The notes beneath the pieces were generated by a model. That model did not search any database. It was not told the origin of the DNA and saw only the letters and a list, made by a program, of their open reading frames with translations. A stretch of DNA of 64,000 nt, taken from NCBI GenBank assembly GCA_034112185.1, contig JAWUVW010000007.1:911-64910 (forward strand). Direction: 5' to 3'. Source of the stretch: Flavobacteriaceae bacterium. GTDB taxonomy: Bacteria; Bacteroidota; Bacteroidia; Flavobacteriales; Flavobacteriaceae. The translations under genes and the position numbers were made by a program. Every line of letters begins with the position of its first letter. Position 1 is the stretch's first letter. Shown piece by piece: positions 26,951 to 35,795 of this stretch.

Positions 26951-26972
26951 CCCTAAAGTCCCCTCAAGGGGA
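26951..26972 (+). repeat. copy of CCCTAAAGTCCCCTCAAGGGGA at the 5' side of the DUF559 module
   Basis: Exact 22-mer, 14 nt upstream of the DUF559 ATG (26937). Confidence 0.9.
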
Positions 26973-26993
26973 CAATCATATTAATTAATCCTT

Positions 26994-27776
26994 TTAATGT
27001 CCTCTAAATTCTGGTTTCCGCTTTTCTATAAAAGCCGCTACACCTTCAGCATAGTCATAGCTCTGCGCTGCTTCAATTTGTAACTTGGACTCTAAAGCTA
27101 ATTGCTGGTCTAGTGTATTGGTCATGGAGCTATTAAACAATTCCTTGATTAAACCTAAAGCTTTGGTTGGCATATTTGCCAATTTTACTGCTAATTTAGA
27201 AATTGTTTCTTCAAATTCTTCTAAGGGAACAGACTTGTAAATCATCCCTAATCGTTCTGCTTCCTCAGCAGGAATCTTATCACCTAACATGGCCAAAGCT
27301 AATGCTTTCTGAAAGCCAATTAATCGCGGCAAAAAATAAGTCCCAGCACTGTCTGGCACTAAGCCTATTAAACTAAAAGCTTGGATAAAACTTACTTTTT
27401 CGTGTGCCACAACAACATCACAAGCTAAAGCAATGTTTGCTCCTGCTCCAGCAGCTACGCCATTTATTGCTCCAATAATTGGTTTTTTAATGTTTCTAAT
27501 TCTTGTAATTATTGGATTGTAATGTTCTTCGAGAATCTTTTTGAATCCTGGATTCAGGTCTGGATCAGTAACTTCTTTTAAATCTTGACCTGCACAAAAG
27601 GCTTTACCATTGCCAGTAAGAACGATCGCTCTTACTTCGTTGTTAGCTTCACAGTCGTCTAAAATAGATTGAAGGCTCAAAGCCATTTCACGATTAAAGC
27701 TATTGAAGACTTCTGGTCTGTTGAGTGTTATGGTTGCTATTTTGTTTTCTATTTTTAATTGGATGCTTTTGGTCAT
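26994..27776 (-). CDS. paaG: 2-(1,2-epoxy-1,2-dihydrophenyl)acetyl-CoA isomerase (crotonase family)
   Basis: 260 aa, collinear with E. coli PaaG as remembered (TLNRPE..NSFN, FCAGQDL, YNP, INGVAAGAGA, GL.PD, EGVAAF..KR.P.F). Confidence 0.85.
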   Translation of the reverse strand: MTKSIQLKIENKIATITLNRPEVFNSFNREMALSLQSILDDCEANNEVRAIVLTGNGKAFCAGQDLKEVTDPDLNPGFKKILEEHYNPIITRIRNIKKPIIGAINGVAAGAGANIALACDVVVAHEKVSFIQAFSLIGLVPDSAGTYFLPRLIGFQKALALAMLGDKIPAEEAERLGMIYKSVPLEEFEETISKLAVKLANMPTKALGLIKELFNSSMTNTLDQQLALESKLQIEAAQSYDYAEGVAAFIEKRKPEFRGH

Positions 27777-27880
27777 ATTCTTGTTTTACTGGCATTGCGA
27801 AGCCTTTTTGGCTTTGGCAATCTATTTATTATACGTTCTTAGCATGAAATTGCAACGTCCTGTGCGCTCGCAAGGACGTT

Positions 27881-28381
27881 TCACTTCAAACATTTAAAGT
27901 AATCAAAAGGTTCTTGGCAATCATCGCACTGAAATTGTGCTTTACATGCAGTAGAACCGAACTGACTTACTAGTCTGGTGTTTTGTGAGCTGCAGTTTGT
28001 ACATTTTACGATCCGCTTTCCGTTCAGCAATACGTCTATATCTGCATCAGCGTCTAAAGGTGCCGCAATACCATAATCCTCGAGTGCTTTTCTACCTCTT
28101 GGTGTAATCCAATCGGTTGTCCAGGCTGGGTGTAGAATTAGATCGATTTTAGATTCGTAACCCGCTTCCTTTAGTGCTTTTTTAATATCGTCACCTATGA
28201 CATCCATTGCAGGGCAACCACTGTAGGTTGGTGTAATTTCAACCATCACCTCATTATCAGTGATAACTGCAGAACGCACCACGCCCATATCCATAATAGA
28301 CAGGACTGGTATTTCAGGATCTGAAACTTTTTCCAGAATTGGAATTAATATCGCTTCTATGTTTTGTTCTGTTGTTGTCAT
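27881..28381 (-). CDS. paaD: 1,2-phenylacetyl-CoA epoxidase subunit PaaD
   Basis: ORF 27881..28408. I prefer Met10 because the first 9 codons lie in a hairpin repeat. DPEIPVLSIMDMGVV, TPTYSGCPAM and the C-terminal CxxC...C cluster. Confidence 0.85.
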   Translation of the reverse strand: MTTTEQNIEAILIPILEKVSDPEIPVLSIMDMGVVRSAVITDNEVMVEITPTYSGCPAMDVIGDDIKKALKEAGYESKIDLILHPAWTTDWITPRGRKALEDYGIAAPLDADADIDVLLNGKRIVKCTNCSSQNTRLVSQFGSTACKAQFQCDDCQEPFDYFKCLK

Positions 28382-28396
28382 AAATATTTTAATGAG

Positions 28397-28417
28397 ATCC
28401 TGAAACAAGTTCAGGAT
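28397..28417. repeat. hairpin repeat atcctgaaacaagttcaggat in the paaC-paaD spacer
   Basis: Seven of eight stem positions pair (one mismatch). Directly followed by a second palindrome, gataaatcagtgatttatc (28418-28436). Confidence 0.8.
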
Positions 28418-28434
28418 GATAAATCAGTGATTTA

Positions 28435-29190
28435 TCACCATTCCATGTTAGGATACGTGCGTTGCATATATTGCAATTCACTTAATAAATACCCAAAATG
28501 CTCTGTATGAATGCCTTCTTTCCCCCCTTTTTGGAAATATTTTGATTCAGGTATGTCGAGCATGCATTCTTCTAAAAGCTCATTTACTTGTTTGTAATAG
28601 TTTTCTTTTAGTTTTGTGACATCTACGCCAAATCCTTCAGCGACCATAGCTTTGTCAGCATCTGTCTGATGGAATAACTCGTCAGTGTAGGTCCATAAAT
28701 CATTAATAGCTTCCTGCATTTTCGCTTTACTTTCTGGAGTACCATCACCTAAACGCCTTACCCAGTCCGAGGAGAAACGCTCATGATAACTTACTTCTTT
28801 AATACACTTATTAGCAATAGCAGATAAGGTTAAATCCGTACTTTTTTGTAATTCAGCTAAAAATGCGAGATGATACACATCGAACAAGAATTGTCGACCT
28901 AAAGTATATGCGAAATTTGTATTTGGTTGCTCGACTAACAATACGTTTTTATATTGACGCTCTTTACGAAGCATAGCAATATCGTCTTCTGTTCTATCAT
29001 CACCAGCTATTTTAGCGGCATATTGAAAATAGCTTCTTACCTGACCGAATAAATCTAGTGAAATATTAGTACAAGCAATATCTGTTTCTAAACTTGGGCC
29101 ATGCCCACAGAGCTCACCAAGTCGTTGGCCTAGAATAAGACTGTTGTCTGCTATGCCAAGGATGTAATTATATAAATTTTCGTTTTTCAT
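28435..29190 (-). CDS. paaC: 1,2-phenylacetyl-CoA epoxidase subunit PaaC
   Basis: ORF 28435..29205. I prefer Met6 (MKNENLYNYILGIADNSLILGQRL). Ferritin-like PaaC pattern and operon position. Confidence 0.85.
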   Translation of the reverse strand: MKNENLYNYILGIADNSLILGQRLGELCGHGPSLETDIACTNISLDLFGQVRSYFQYAAKIAGDDRTEDDIAMLRKERQYKNVLLVEQPNTNFAYTLGRQFLFDVYHLAFLAELQKSTDLTLSAIANKCIKEVSYHERFSSDWVRRLGDGTPESKAKMQEAINDLWTYTDELFHQTDADKAMVAEGFGVDVTKLKENYYKQVNELLEECMLDIPESKYFQKGGKEGIHTEHFGYLLSELQYMQRTYPNMEW

Positions 29191-29287
29191 GTTTACTTCC
29201 CACAAAAGCGGGAATCTTTTTAATTAAACATTTAGTTGCAATGAGTACGATTCTGAATCAAGTTCAGGACGACAAATCAAAGATTCA

Positions 29288-29575
29288 TCACATATGTTTT
29301 ACTTCATCTGGTAAATCGTAAAATGTTGGATGACGATATACTTTATCATGAGCAGGCTCAAATAATTCGCCATTATTCTCAGGATTTGATGCTGTGATAT
29401 TATTTGATTCTACAACCCAAATACTCACGCCTTCGCTTCGTCTTGTGTAAACATCACGAGCGTTTTCTAGAGCCATATCAGAATCTGAAGCGTGCAAACT
29501 ACCGCAATGTCTGTGTTCTAATCCGTTTTTACTTCTTACGAAGATTTCCCAAAGTGGCCAGTTTTTTGTTGACAT
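29288..29575 (-). CDS. paaB: 1,2-phenylacetyl-CoA epoxidase subunit PaaB
   Basis: 95 aa. WPLWEIFVRSKNGLEHRHCGSLHA is the characteristic PaaB sequence. Confidence 0.9.
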   Translation of the reverse strand: MSTKNWPLWEIFVRSKNGLEHRHCGSLHASDSDMALENARDVYTRRSEGVSIWVVESNNITASNPENNGELFEPAHDKVYRHPTFYDLPDEVKHM

Positions 29576-29653
29576 AATTCTATATTTATTTTATCATCTT
29601 GTTCTCGATACCAGATTGCCAAATAGCACTTTCACTCGAACTGAAGATGAAAT

Positions 29654-30610
29654 TTAAACTGCTTGTTTCTGTTTTCTTTCTTGTTTCTTTTCGGCATATG
29701 CCATAGCGGCATCTCTAACCCATTCGCCTTCTTCCCATGCACCAACTCTAGCTTTCATTCTTTCTTTGTTACAAGGTCCATGACCTTTAACAACCTGCCA
29801 AAATTCATCCCAATCTATTTCACCAAAGTCATAACTTCCGCGCTCTTCATTCCATTTTAAATCTGGGTCTGGAATTGTAAGTCCGATTAACTCTGCCTGA
29901 GGAACCGTTTGATCAATAAACTGTTGACGAAGATCATCATTCGATTTACGTTTCAACTTCCATTTCATAGATTGTTCCGTATGAATAGATTCTGCATCTG
30001 TAGGACCTAACATCATTAGACTAGGCCACCACCAGCGATTTAAAGCATCTTGAGCCAATTCCTTTTGCTCAGCTGTTCCGTTTGCCAATTTCATCATAAT
30101 CTCGAAACCTTGTCTCTGATGGAAACTCTCCTCCTTACATACACGAATCATTGCTCTAGCATAAGGGCCGTAAGACGTATTACACAATGGCACTTGATTT
30201 ATAATAGCTGCGCCATCCACTAACCAACCAATAGCTCCCATATCTGCCCAAGTTATTGTTGGGTAATTGAAAATACTAGAATATTTAGCCTTACCAGTAT
30301 GCAATTGCTCGTACATTTCTTCACGAGAAATTCCTAATGTTTCAGTCGCTGAATACAAATACAGTCCGTGACCAGCTTCATCTTGTACTTTTGCTAATAG
30401 AGCCACCTTACGCCTTAATGAAGGAGCTCTTGAAATCCAATTTCCTTCTGGAAGCATCCCTACAATTTCAGAATGGGCATGTTGAGACATTTGTCTGATA
30501 TGTGTTTTACGATACTTTTCTGGCATCCAATCTTTAGGTTCAATTTTTTCGTCTCTAGCGATACGCGCATCGAACTGCCTTTCTAAACTTCTAATTTGTT
30601 CTTCACTCAT
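29654..30610 (-). CDS. paaA: 1,2-phenylacetyl-CoA epoxidase catalytic subunit PaaA
   Basis: 318 aa with di-iron ferritin-like motifs ([18 protein letters not shown]). Confidence 0.9.
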   Translation of the reverse strand: MSEEQIRSLERQFDARIARDEKIEPKDWMPEKYRKTHIRQMSQHAHSEIVGMLPEGNWISRAPSLRRKVALLAKVQDEAGHGLYLYSATETLGISREEMYEQLHTGKAKYSSIFNYPTITWADMGAIGWLVDGAAIINQVPLCNTSYGPYARAMIRVCKEESFHQRQGFEIMMKLANGTAEQKELAQDALNRWWWPSLMMLGPTDAESIHTEQSMKWKLKRKSNDDLRQQFIDQTVPQAELIGLTIPDPDLKWNEERGSYDFGEIDWDEFWQVVKGHGPCNKERMKARVGAWEEGEWVRDAAMAYAEKKQERKQKQAV

Positions 30611-30739
30611 TTTAAATAGCTTTAAGCTTATAGCTTTTGGGCCTTAGCTTGTTGAACTTTCATTTTTATTTTTCAATATATTTTAATTCACATGACACTT
30701 CGACTGCGCTCCGTTTGACGGTTAAAAACTTTTCAATTT

Positions 30740-31813
30740 TTAAACATCAAAATCCACAACTACTTTATCTGTCGTTGGAACAGATTGACAACTCAGTACT
30801 AAATTCTGAGCCACCTCTTTTTCATCTAATGCGTAATTAATTTTCATTTCTACAGAACCGTCAATGACTTTGCATTTACAGGTACTACAGACTCCGCCTT
30901 TACATGCAAAAGGTAAATCTGCTCCTGCTCCTAAGGCCGCATCAAGAATATTATCATATTCCTTGGTCATAGTGAATGAAAATTCCTTTCCTCCATCTAC
31001 GATCGTAATTTCTACACCTTCTACATTTTGTTTCGATAAGCGTTCGGCACGCTTGATATCTTCTTCCGAAAGACCCGTTACAAATAATTCAAAATGCACT
31101 AATTCTTTTGGCAGCCCCGCTTCAATTAAATAATCGCTTACATAGTTCACCATTTTCTCTGGTCCACAAAGAAAAACATCGTTTGTATCTGGCACATCAA
31201 TAAAAGTCTTTGTGAGAACTTTCATTTTTTCGTCATCAAAGCGACCATTGAACAATTCGATATCGCGACGTTCTTTGGTTAGAAAGTAATAAATTTCAAA
31301 CCTTCCGAAATACTTATTTCTCAACTGCTCTAACTCTTCCTTAAAGATAATAGATTTCGCCGTTTTATTCACATAGAACAACTTACATGTGGCATTTGGT
31401 TCTTGAGCCAAATGTGATTTTACCATAGATAAAACAGGAGTGATACCACTTCCGGCTGCAAAAAACAGATAGTTTTTTGATTCCTTAGGTTTTACCTCTA
31501 CACCAAATCTACCGCTTGGCGCCATAATCTCAATGTTGTCACCTATTTTTAGATTTTCGTTGATATAAGTCGAAAACTTACCACCAGGAATCTGCTTTAC
31601 AGCAACTTGCCATTTATAATCTAAAGGACTTGAACATAATGAATATGAACGACGCAGGTCTTCATTATTAATATCTGCTTTTAGAGTTAAATGTTGTCCT
31701 TGTCTAAACTTGAAAGCTTTATGTAATTCTACTGGAATATCAAAAGTTACAACTGATGTATCTTTTGTTTCCTTATATATATCTGCAACCTTTACGTTGT
31801 GAAATTCTGCCAT
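30740..31813 (-). CDS. paaE: 1,2-phenylacetyl-CoA epoxidase reductase subunit PaaE (FNR-like plus plant-type 2Fe-2S)
   Basis: 357 aa. RSYSLCS FAD-binding motif, AAGSGITP NAD-binding motif and C-terminal CKGGVCSTCKC ferredoxin cysteines. Confidence 0.9.
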   Translation of the reverse strand: MAEFHNVKVADIYKETKDTSVVTFDIPVELHKAFKFRQGQHLTLKADINNEDLRRSYSLCSSPLDYKWQVAVKQIPGGKFSTYINENLKIGDNIEIMAPSGRFGVEVKPKESKNYLFFAAGSGITPVLSMVKSHLAQEPNATCKLFYVNKTAKSIIFKEELEQLRNKYFGRFEIYYFLTKERRDIELFNGRFDDEKMKVLTKTFIDVPDTNDVFLCGPEKMVNYVSDYLIEAGLPKELVHFELFVTGLSEEDIKRAERLSKQNVEGVEITIVDGGKEFSFTMTKEYDNILDAALGAGADLPFACKGGVCSTCKCKVIDGSVEMKINYALDEKEVAQNLVLSCQSVPTTDKVVVDFDV

Positions 31814-31896
31814 CTTGTGCCTGCGAACGCAGGTATCTTTTAATTATTTACTCGATATAATCATAACTACTAAGTTTTAAAAACCTCGCAGGAAAC

Positions 31897-31916
31897 AAAC
31901 TAACACTTGTTAGTTT
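31897..31916. promoter_or_regulatory. candidate TetR(PaaR)-type operator: palindrome AAACTAACA-CT-TGTTAGTTT
   Basis: Perfect 9-bp arms, 6 nt downstream of a minus-strand -7 box and about 84-103 nt upstream of the paaE ATG. The TetR gene lies immediately upstream. Confidence 0.4.
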
Positions 31917-31922
31917 ACAAGA

Positions 31923-31930
31923 CAAAGTTA
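31923..31930 (-). promoter_or_regulatory. candidate -7 box TAACTTTG for the paa operon
   Basis: The plus strand reads caaagtta, so the minus strand reads TAACTTTG (TAnnTTTG match). No clear -33 TTG was seen. Confidence 0.35.
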
Positions 31931-31946
31931 TAAAATTAAATCTTAA

Positions 31947-32516
31947 CTATTTGTTAATACCTTTTATTAAGATTTGATTGAGTGTATTTGACAAGTCTTC
32001 TAGATCAAGATCTTCCTTTTTGGGTATCCAAATATAAAGTGATCGCAACGTGGTTAATATAGAAAACAACATTACGTCTGGCTTTGCATCTACTATTTCA
32101 CCTGATATGATTCCATCTTTAAGAATTGCTCTAAAATCTTCCTCGTAATCTGTCCTTAATTTTTGATAGTAGCTCAATTTTCCCTCTAAATGCATCCAAT
32201 CATTATTTAAGGATGCCATTCCATAGATATTTTGGCTAGAAATTTTGACGTGTAATTCTATAATTTTTTTCAGCTTATTAATACAAGAATCATTAGTAGA
32301 TTGAATCATGCTCATACCTTCTGTGAAATCTTCAGCTAATGAAATTATAATAGCATTTAGTATATCTTGCTTGGAGTTAATATGATTATAAAGGCTCGCC
32401 GCTTTTATCCCCATTGCCTTTGCTAAGTCGCGCATAGTTACAGCGCTATAGCCCTTTTCCTTGAATAGTTTGGCAGCTACTCTTACAATTTCTTCTTTAC
32501 GGGTTTCTTGTTTCAT
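31947..32516 (-). CDS. TetR/AcrR family transcriptional regulator (candidate paa repressor)
   Basis: 189 aa. IVRVAAKLFKEKGYSAVTMRDLAKAMGIKAASLYNHINSKQDIL is a TetR-type HTH. Located directly upstream of paaE. Confidence 0.85.
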   Translation of the reverse strand: MKQETRKEEIVRVAAKLFKEKGYSAVTMRDLAKAMGIKAASLYNHINSKQDILNAIIISLAEDFTEGMSMIQSTNDSCINKLKKIIELHVKISSQNIYGMASLNNDWMHLEGKLSYYQKLRTDYEEDFRAILKDGIISGEIVDAKPDVMLFSILTTLRSLYIWIPKKEDLDLEDLSNTLNQILIKGINK

Positions 32517-32629
32517 ATTTAACTAAAGTACTAAAGTAGGAAGATTTTTAAGTTAATAGAAAATCTAATGTAACTTTGGTTACTTATTATTCTGAGTAGT
32601 TTTCGGAATTTTGCTTAAAAATAAATACA

Positions 32630-32938
32630 ATGGGACTATTAAATGCTTTATTTGGAAAATCGACTAATAATGTTGCAGAATATATTGCAAAAGACGCTGT
32701 TATATTAGATGTTAGAAGCCATAGTGAATATGAGAATAACCATATCGCTTCTGCTGTTCATATTCCTTTACCTGAATTAAATAAGAGGTTTGCGGAAATA
32801 AAAAAACTAAACAAACCTGTTATAGCGTATTGTGCGAGTGGTATGCGCTCTGGTAGCGCAGCCAGTTTCTTGAAATCTAAAGGTGTTGACGTTATTAATG
32901 GTGGCGGGCTGAGTAGTTTACAGCGAAAATTGGGTTAA
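32630..32938 (+). CDS. rhodanese-like domain protein
   Basis: 102 aa. ILDVRSHSEYENNHI and the YCASGMRSG active-site loop. Confidence 0.85.
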   Translation: MGLLNALFGKSTNNVAEYIAKDAVILDVRSHSEYENNHIASAVHIPLPELNKRFAEIKKLNKPVIAYCASGMRSGSAASFLKSKGVDVINGGGLSSLQRKLG

Positions 32939-32941
32939 AGA

Positions 32942-33565
32942 TTAATCCGAAATGTCCTCCAAATTCTTAAGCTGATTCAAATTCACCACAGGGTTTTCAT
33001 TATACTTCAAGGTCCAACCCAAAGAATTGGTTAGAATTAAGAATTTGGACAGTTCACTAATGAGCCGATTTTCTGCGTTAGATTTTAAATCCGAAGCTTC
33101 AATCTTTTTCATAAGCGAACTCTTAACTGTTTGCTTAATTGCATTGTAATCCTTAGCTTCAAACTGATTTAAAAAATCCGCTTGAATATCATAGTATTCA
33201 AAATCTGGGCTGATTTTTATTTCTTCTTTCGGTATACTTACAATATTCAACGTTTGAGTCGTTTCGTCTATTTTATATTCGATTTTACTTAAATCGTACC
33301 CAATAGTCACATCTGCATTGACTATCACGATAGCACGTTTTTCTGCTTCTAATAAATCGCCAAATACGAGTTTAGAGTTTTTGTATGTGAATACTTCACT
33401 AAAATGGCCTTCGGTAACGACAAGCTTCCCTACGTTTTTAATTTGCTCTTGTATTAACGCCGTATTTTCTTTGAGTACAATTTTATCGGCATTCTTATCT
33501 CCACAATATTTAAAAGTGAATAAGATCACTAAGGTAATTATAACTCCAAATAGTATTTTTCGCAT
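32942..33565 (-). CDS. DUF4230-like membrane-anchored protein
   Basis: 207 aa with an N-terminal TM segment. The GKLVVTEGHFSEVFTY...IVIVNADVTIGYDLSK pattern is recalled from DUF4230. Confidence 0.55.
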   Translation of the reverse strand: MRKILFGVIITLVILFTFKYCGDKNADKIVLKENTALIQEQIKNVGKLVVTEGHFSEVFTYKNSKLVFGDLLEAEKRAIVIVNADVTIGYDLSKIEYKIDETTQTLNIVSIPKEEIKISPDFEYYDIQADFLNQFEAKDYNAIKQTVKSSLMKKIEASDLKSNAENRLISELSKFLILTNSLGWTLKYNENPVVNLNQLKNLEDISD

Positions 33566-33792
33566 GTGCTAATTTAACTAAAATACAAATCAAAAGCCAT
33601 TTAATTGCTGCTGATTAAAACACGTTTTTATGCCTTACATCGCTATTGATAGCCGGTTGTCTATGAAAAATGTAAAACACCTTATTTATTTAAAAATTGG
33701 GATTTTAGACTATATCTTAGATAAACATTAAGGATAATATCGATTTAAAAATATTATCGCCTTAGAAGATTCCAAATCTAAAAACAACTCTC

Positions 33793-34557
33793 ATGATTAA
33801 AAAATTATGGCCCCTACTCTTCCTGTTTTCTGCGACAATTTTATTTGGTCAAGATATTATATTGCAAAAGAATACGCACCCAAAAACCAAAGAACTAAAG
33901 CATAATCTCAATCAAACAAGAGATACTTTAATCATGGGCTGTGAAAGCCCCATTTTTAAAGTTGAAATTTTTAATGAAGATTATGAAAAAATCATAATTG
34001 TAGAAAATATTGTAGCCCATATCCCTTTAAACGATCTACCTTCAGGGAGATTTGTTGTAGAGGTTCAATTATCCAATAAAATTGTTGTTATGCATCTTGT
34101 AAGGCGCGACAATATGGATGATGCTCCTAATTCTAATCTAACCCTTGGTGAAAAAGAACTAGCCGAAGCAAATACTATGGATTTAACAGGAGATCAAAAC
34201 ATAAAAAGTAACGTATCACACCATCGTATAGAGTTCTTACTTTCAGGACGAAAACCAAAACCAGTGAGTAACAAAAATCAAAAATCCTATTGGACCTTAG
34301 CAATAGTTAATACAGGAGACACATCCAGTAGAACAATGCAATTAGCAAATCAAAAAACGGCAGATAAAATGATTTCTAAACACAAATTAGAAATTAAAAC
34401 ATTCAACGCTAGGCGCAATGAGTTAATCATTTGGGAAGTTTTTGATAAGACAAAATTTTTAGAACAACAATTTGCAAATCCCGATTACATCAACTCATCT
34501 GTATCCAATTTTTTTGATGTTTCACCGTACTACACATTAAAAAACAACTTTGAATAA
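33793..34557 (+). CDS. hypothetical secreted protein
   Basis: 254 aa with a signal peptide (LWPLLFLFSATILFGQ). No family recognised. Confidence 0.5.
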   Translation: MIKKLWPLLFLFSATILFGQDIILQKNTHPKTKELKHNLNQTRDTLIMGCESPIFKVEIFNEDYEKIIIVENIVAHIPLNDLPSGRFVVEVQLSNKIVVMHLVRRDNMDDAPNSNLTLGEKELAEANTMDLTGDQNIKSNVSHHRIEFLLSGRKPKPVSNKNQKSYWTLAIVNTGDTSSRTMQLANQKTADKMISKHKLEIKTFNARRNELIIWEVFDKTKFLEQQFANPDYINSSVSNFFDVSPYYTLKNNFE

Positions 34558-34736
34558 ATTTTATATTTTTTGTTTATTTTTCCGCACAACGTAACGGCTA
34601 ATAACAATTCAATGGTCTTAAAGGTTTTAAAAGCAAAACACAATGCTTATTTTTAGGCATTGAAACATCTTCAATCAGTAAATAAAATAGCTCAGAAAGA
34701 TCTTGAAATCTTCACAAAAAAAAGTATAAAGTTGAT

Positions 34737-35519
34737 ATGAACCTTAATCTAAATAACAGGCATGCCTTAGTATGCGGAAGCACAGCAGGAATAGGAAAAG
34801 CCACAGCATTAGCTCTAGCTAAAGAAGGTGCGATAGTTACCTTAATTGCAAGAAATGAAGACAAATTAAAAGCAACGCTTGCCGAATTACCTCAACATCG
34901 CAAACATGATTATATAGTCGCTGATTTTTCGAATCCTTCGGAATTAAAGAAGAAAGTTGACATTTATATTAAAGCAAATCATGGGTTTCATATTTTAGTA
35001 AATAATACTGGAGGACCAGCGGGAGGACCGGTTTTTTCTGCCGAAATAGAAGCGTTTGAACAGGCATTTACGCAACATCTAAAATGCAATCATGTATTAG
35101 CACAAGCCACTGTGCCATTCATGAAAAGTGAAGCATACGGTAGAATTATTAACGTTATTTCAACGTCCGTAAAACAACCTTTGGACGGCCTTGGCGTGAG
35201 TAATACAATCCGTGGCGCAGTAGCCAATTGGAGCAAAACCTTAGCGAATGAACTTGGTCAATTTGGTATTACTGTAAATAACGTTCTTCCTGGAGCCACA
35301 GGAACAGAACGCTTAACAGAAATTATAAAAAATAAATCTACTAAATCGGGCACTACTGAAGAAGAGGCGGCTAAGGCTATGAAAAGTGCAGTACCAGCAA
35401 AACGTTTTGCTAAGCCAGAAGAGTTAGCTGATGCCATTACATTTTTAGCGAGTGAACGTGCCGCTTATATAAATGGAATTAACCTTCCCGTTGATGGTGG
35501 GAGGACGAAATCACTATAA
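34737..35519 (+). CDS. SDR family oxidoreductase
   Basis: 260 aa. GSTAGIGKA (TGxxxGxG-like), NNTG and the Ser...Y/K region, plus INGINLPVDGG at the C-terminus. Confidence 0.85.
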   Translation: MNLNLNNRHALVCGSTAGIGKATALALAKEGAIVTLIARNEDKLKATLAELPQHRKHDYIVADFSNPSELKKKVDIYIKANHGFHILVNNTGGPAGGPVFSAEIEAFEQAFTQHLKCNHVLAQATVPFMKSEAYGRIINVISTSVKQPLDGLGVSNTIRGAVANWSKTLANELGQFGITVNNVLPGATGTERLTEIIKNKSTKSGTTEEEAAKAMKSAVPAKRFAKPEELADAITFLASERAAYINGINLPVDGGRTKSL

Positions 35520-35614
35520 ACCCCATACTTCTCGATAGCTCTCAGGATGACAAAGGGATAGAAACTGTTACTGCACTTTCTATACACCAAACACAACTTA
35601 ATATTAAAAAAATA

Positions 35615-35645
35615 GACCTCACAGGTTTTAAAAACTTGTGAGGTC
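35615..35645 (+). terminator. hairpin after the SDR gene (gacctcaca...tgtgaggtc)
   Basis: 9-bp perfect stem with an A-run before it and a weak T-run after it. Confidence 0.5.
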
Positions 35646-35795
35646 TTTGTATATTAGTAAAATCTTAGTATGCTGACATTAGTAATCTGACATCAATTGT
35701 ATCTAATTACTATCATATACATTGTTTAACAATTATTCTTACTCGCCTACGTAAGAGTTCCTTTCCTTAGGGAAGGTTTGGATGGGCTTCTAATT

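Noticed and set aside
27703-27897. Small + ORFs spanning paa spacers (24369..24551, 27703..27897, 30637..30840)
   Set aside because: They are created by reading through intergenic hairpin repeats and the antisense strand of neighbouring paa genes. They show no start context or motif.
27777-30739. Possibility that the recurring hairpins form a CRISPR array
   Set aside because: The hairpins belong to several different sequence types and are separated by whole genes rather than by uniform 30-40 bp spacers. No cas genes are present.
17850-32516. The paa cluster as a horizontally acquired genomic island
   Set aside because: There is no integrase, transposase, flanking tRNA or island-scale direct repeat, and the composition looks like the rest of the window. 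Only the small embedded cassettes look acquired.
32530-32548. Tandem ACTAAAGT-ACTAAAGT words just upstream of the TetR gene start as a second operator
   Set aside because: This is a direct repeat, not a palindrome, and only loosely resembles the AAACTAACA half-site. On the minus strand it reads as two near-consensus -7 boxes (TACTTTAG), so a promoter explanation is simpler. Support is too weak to report.
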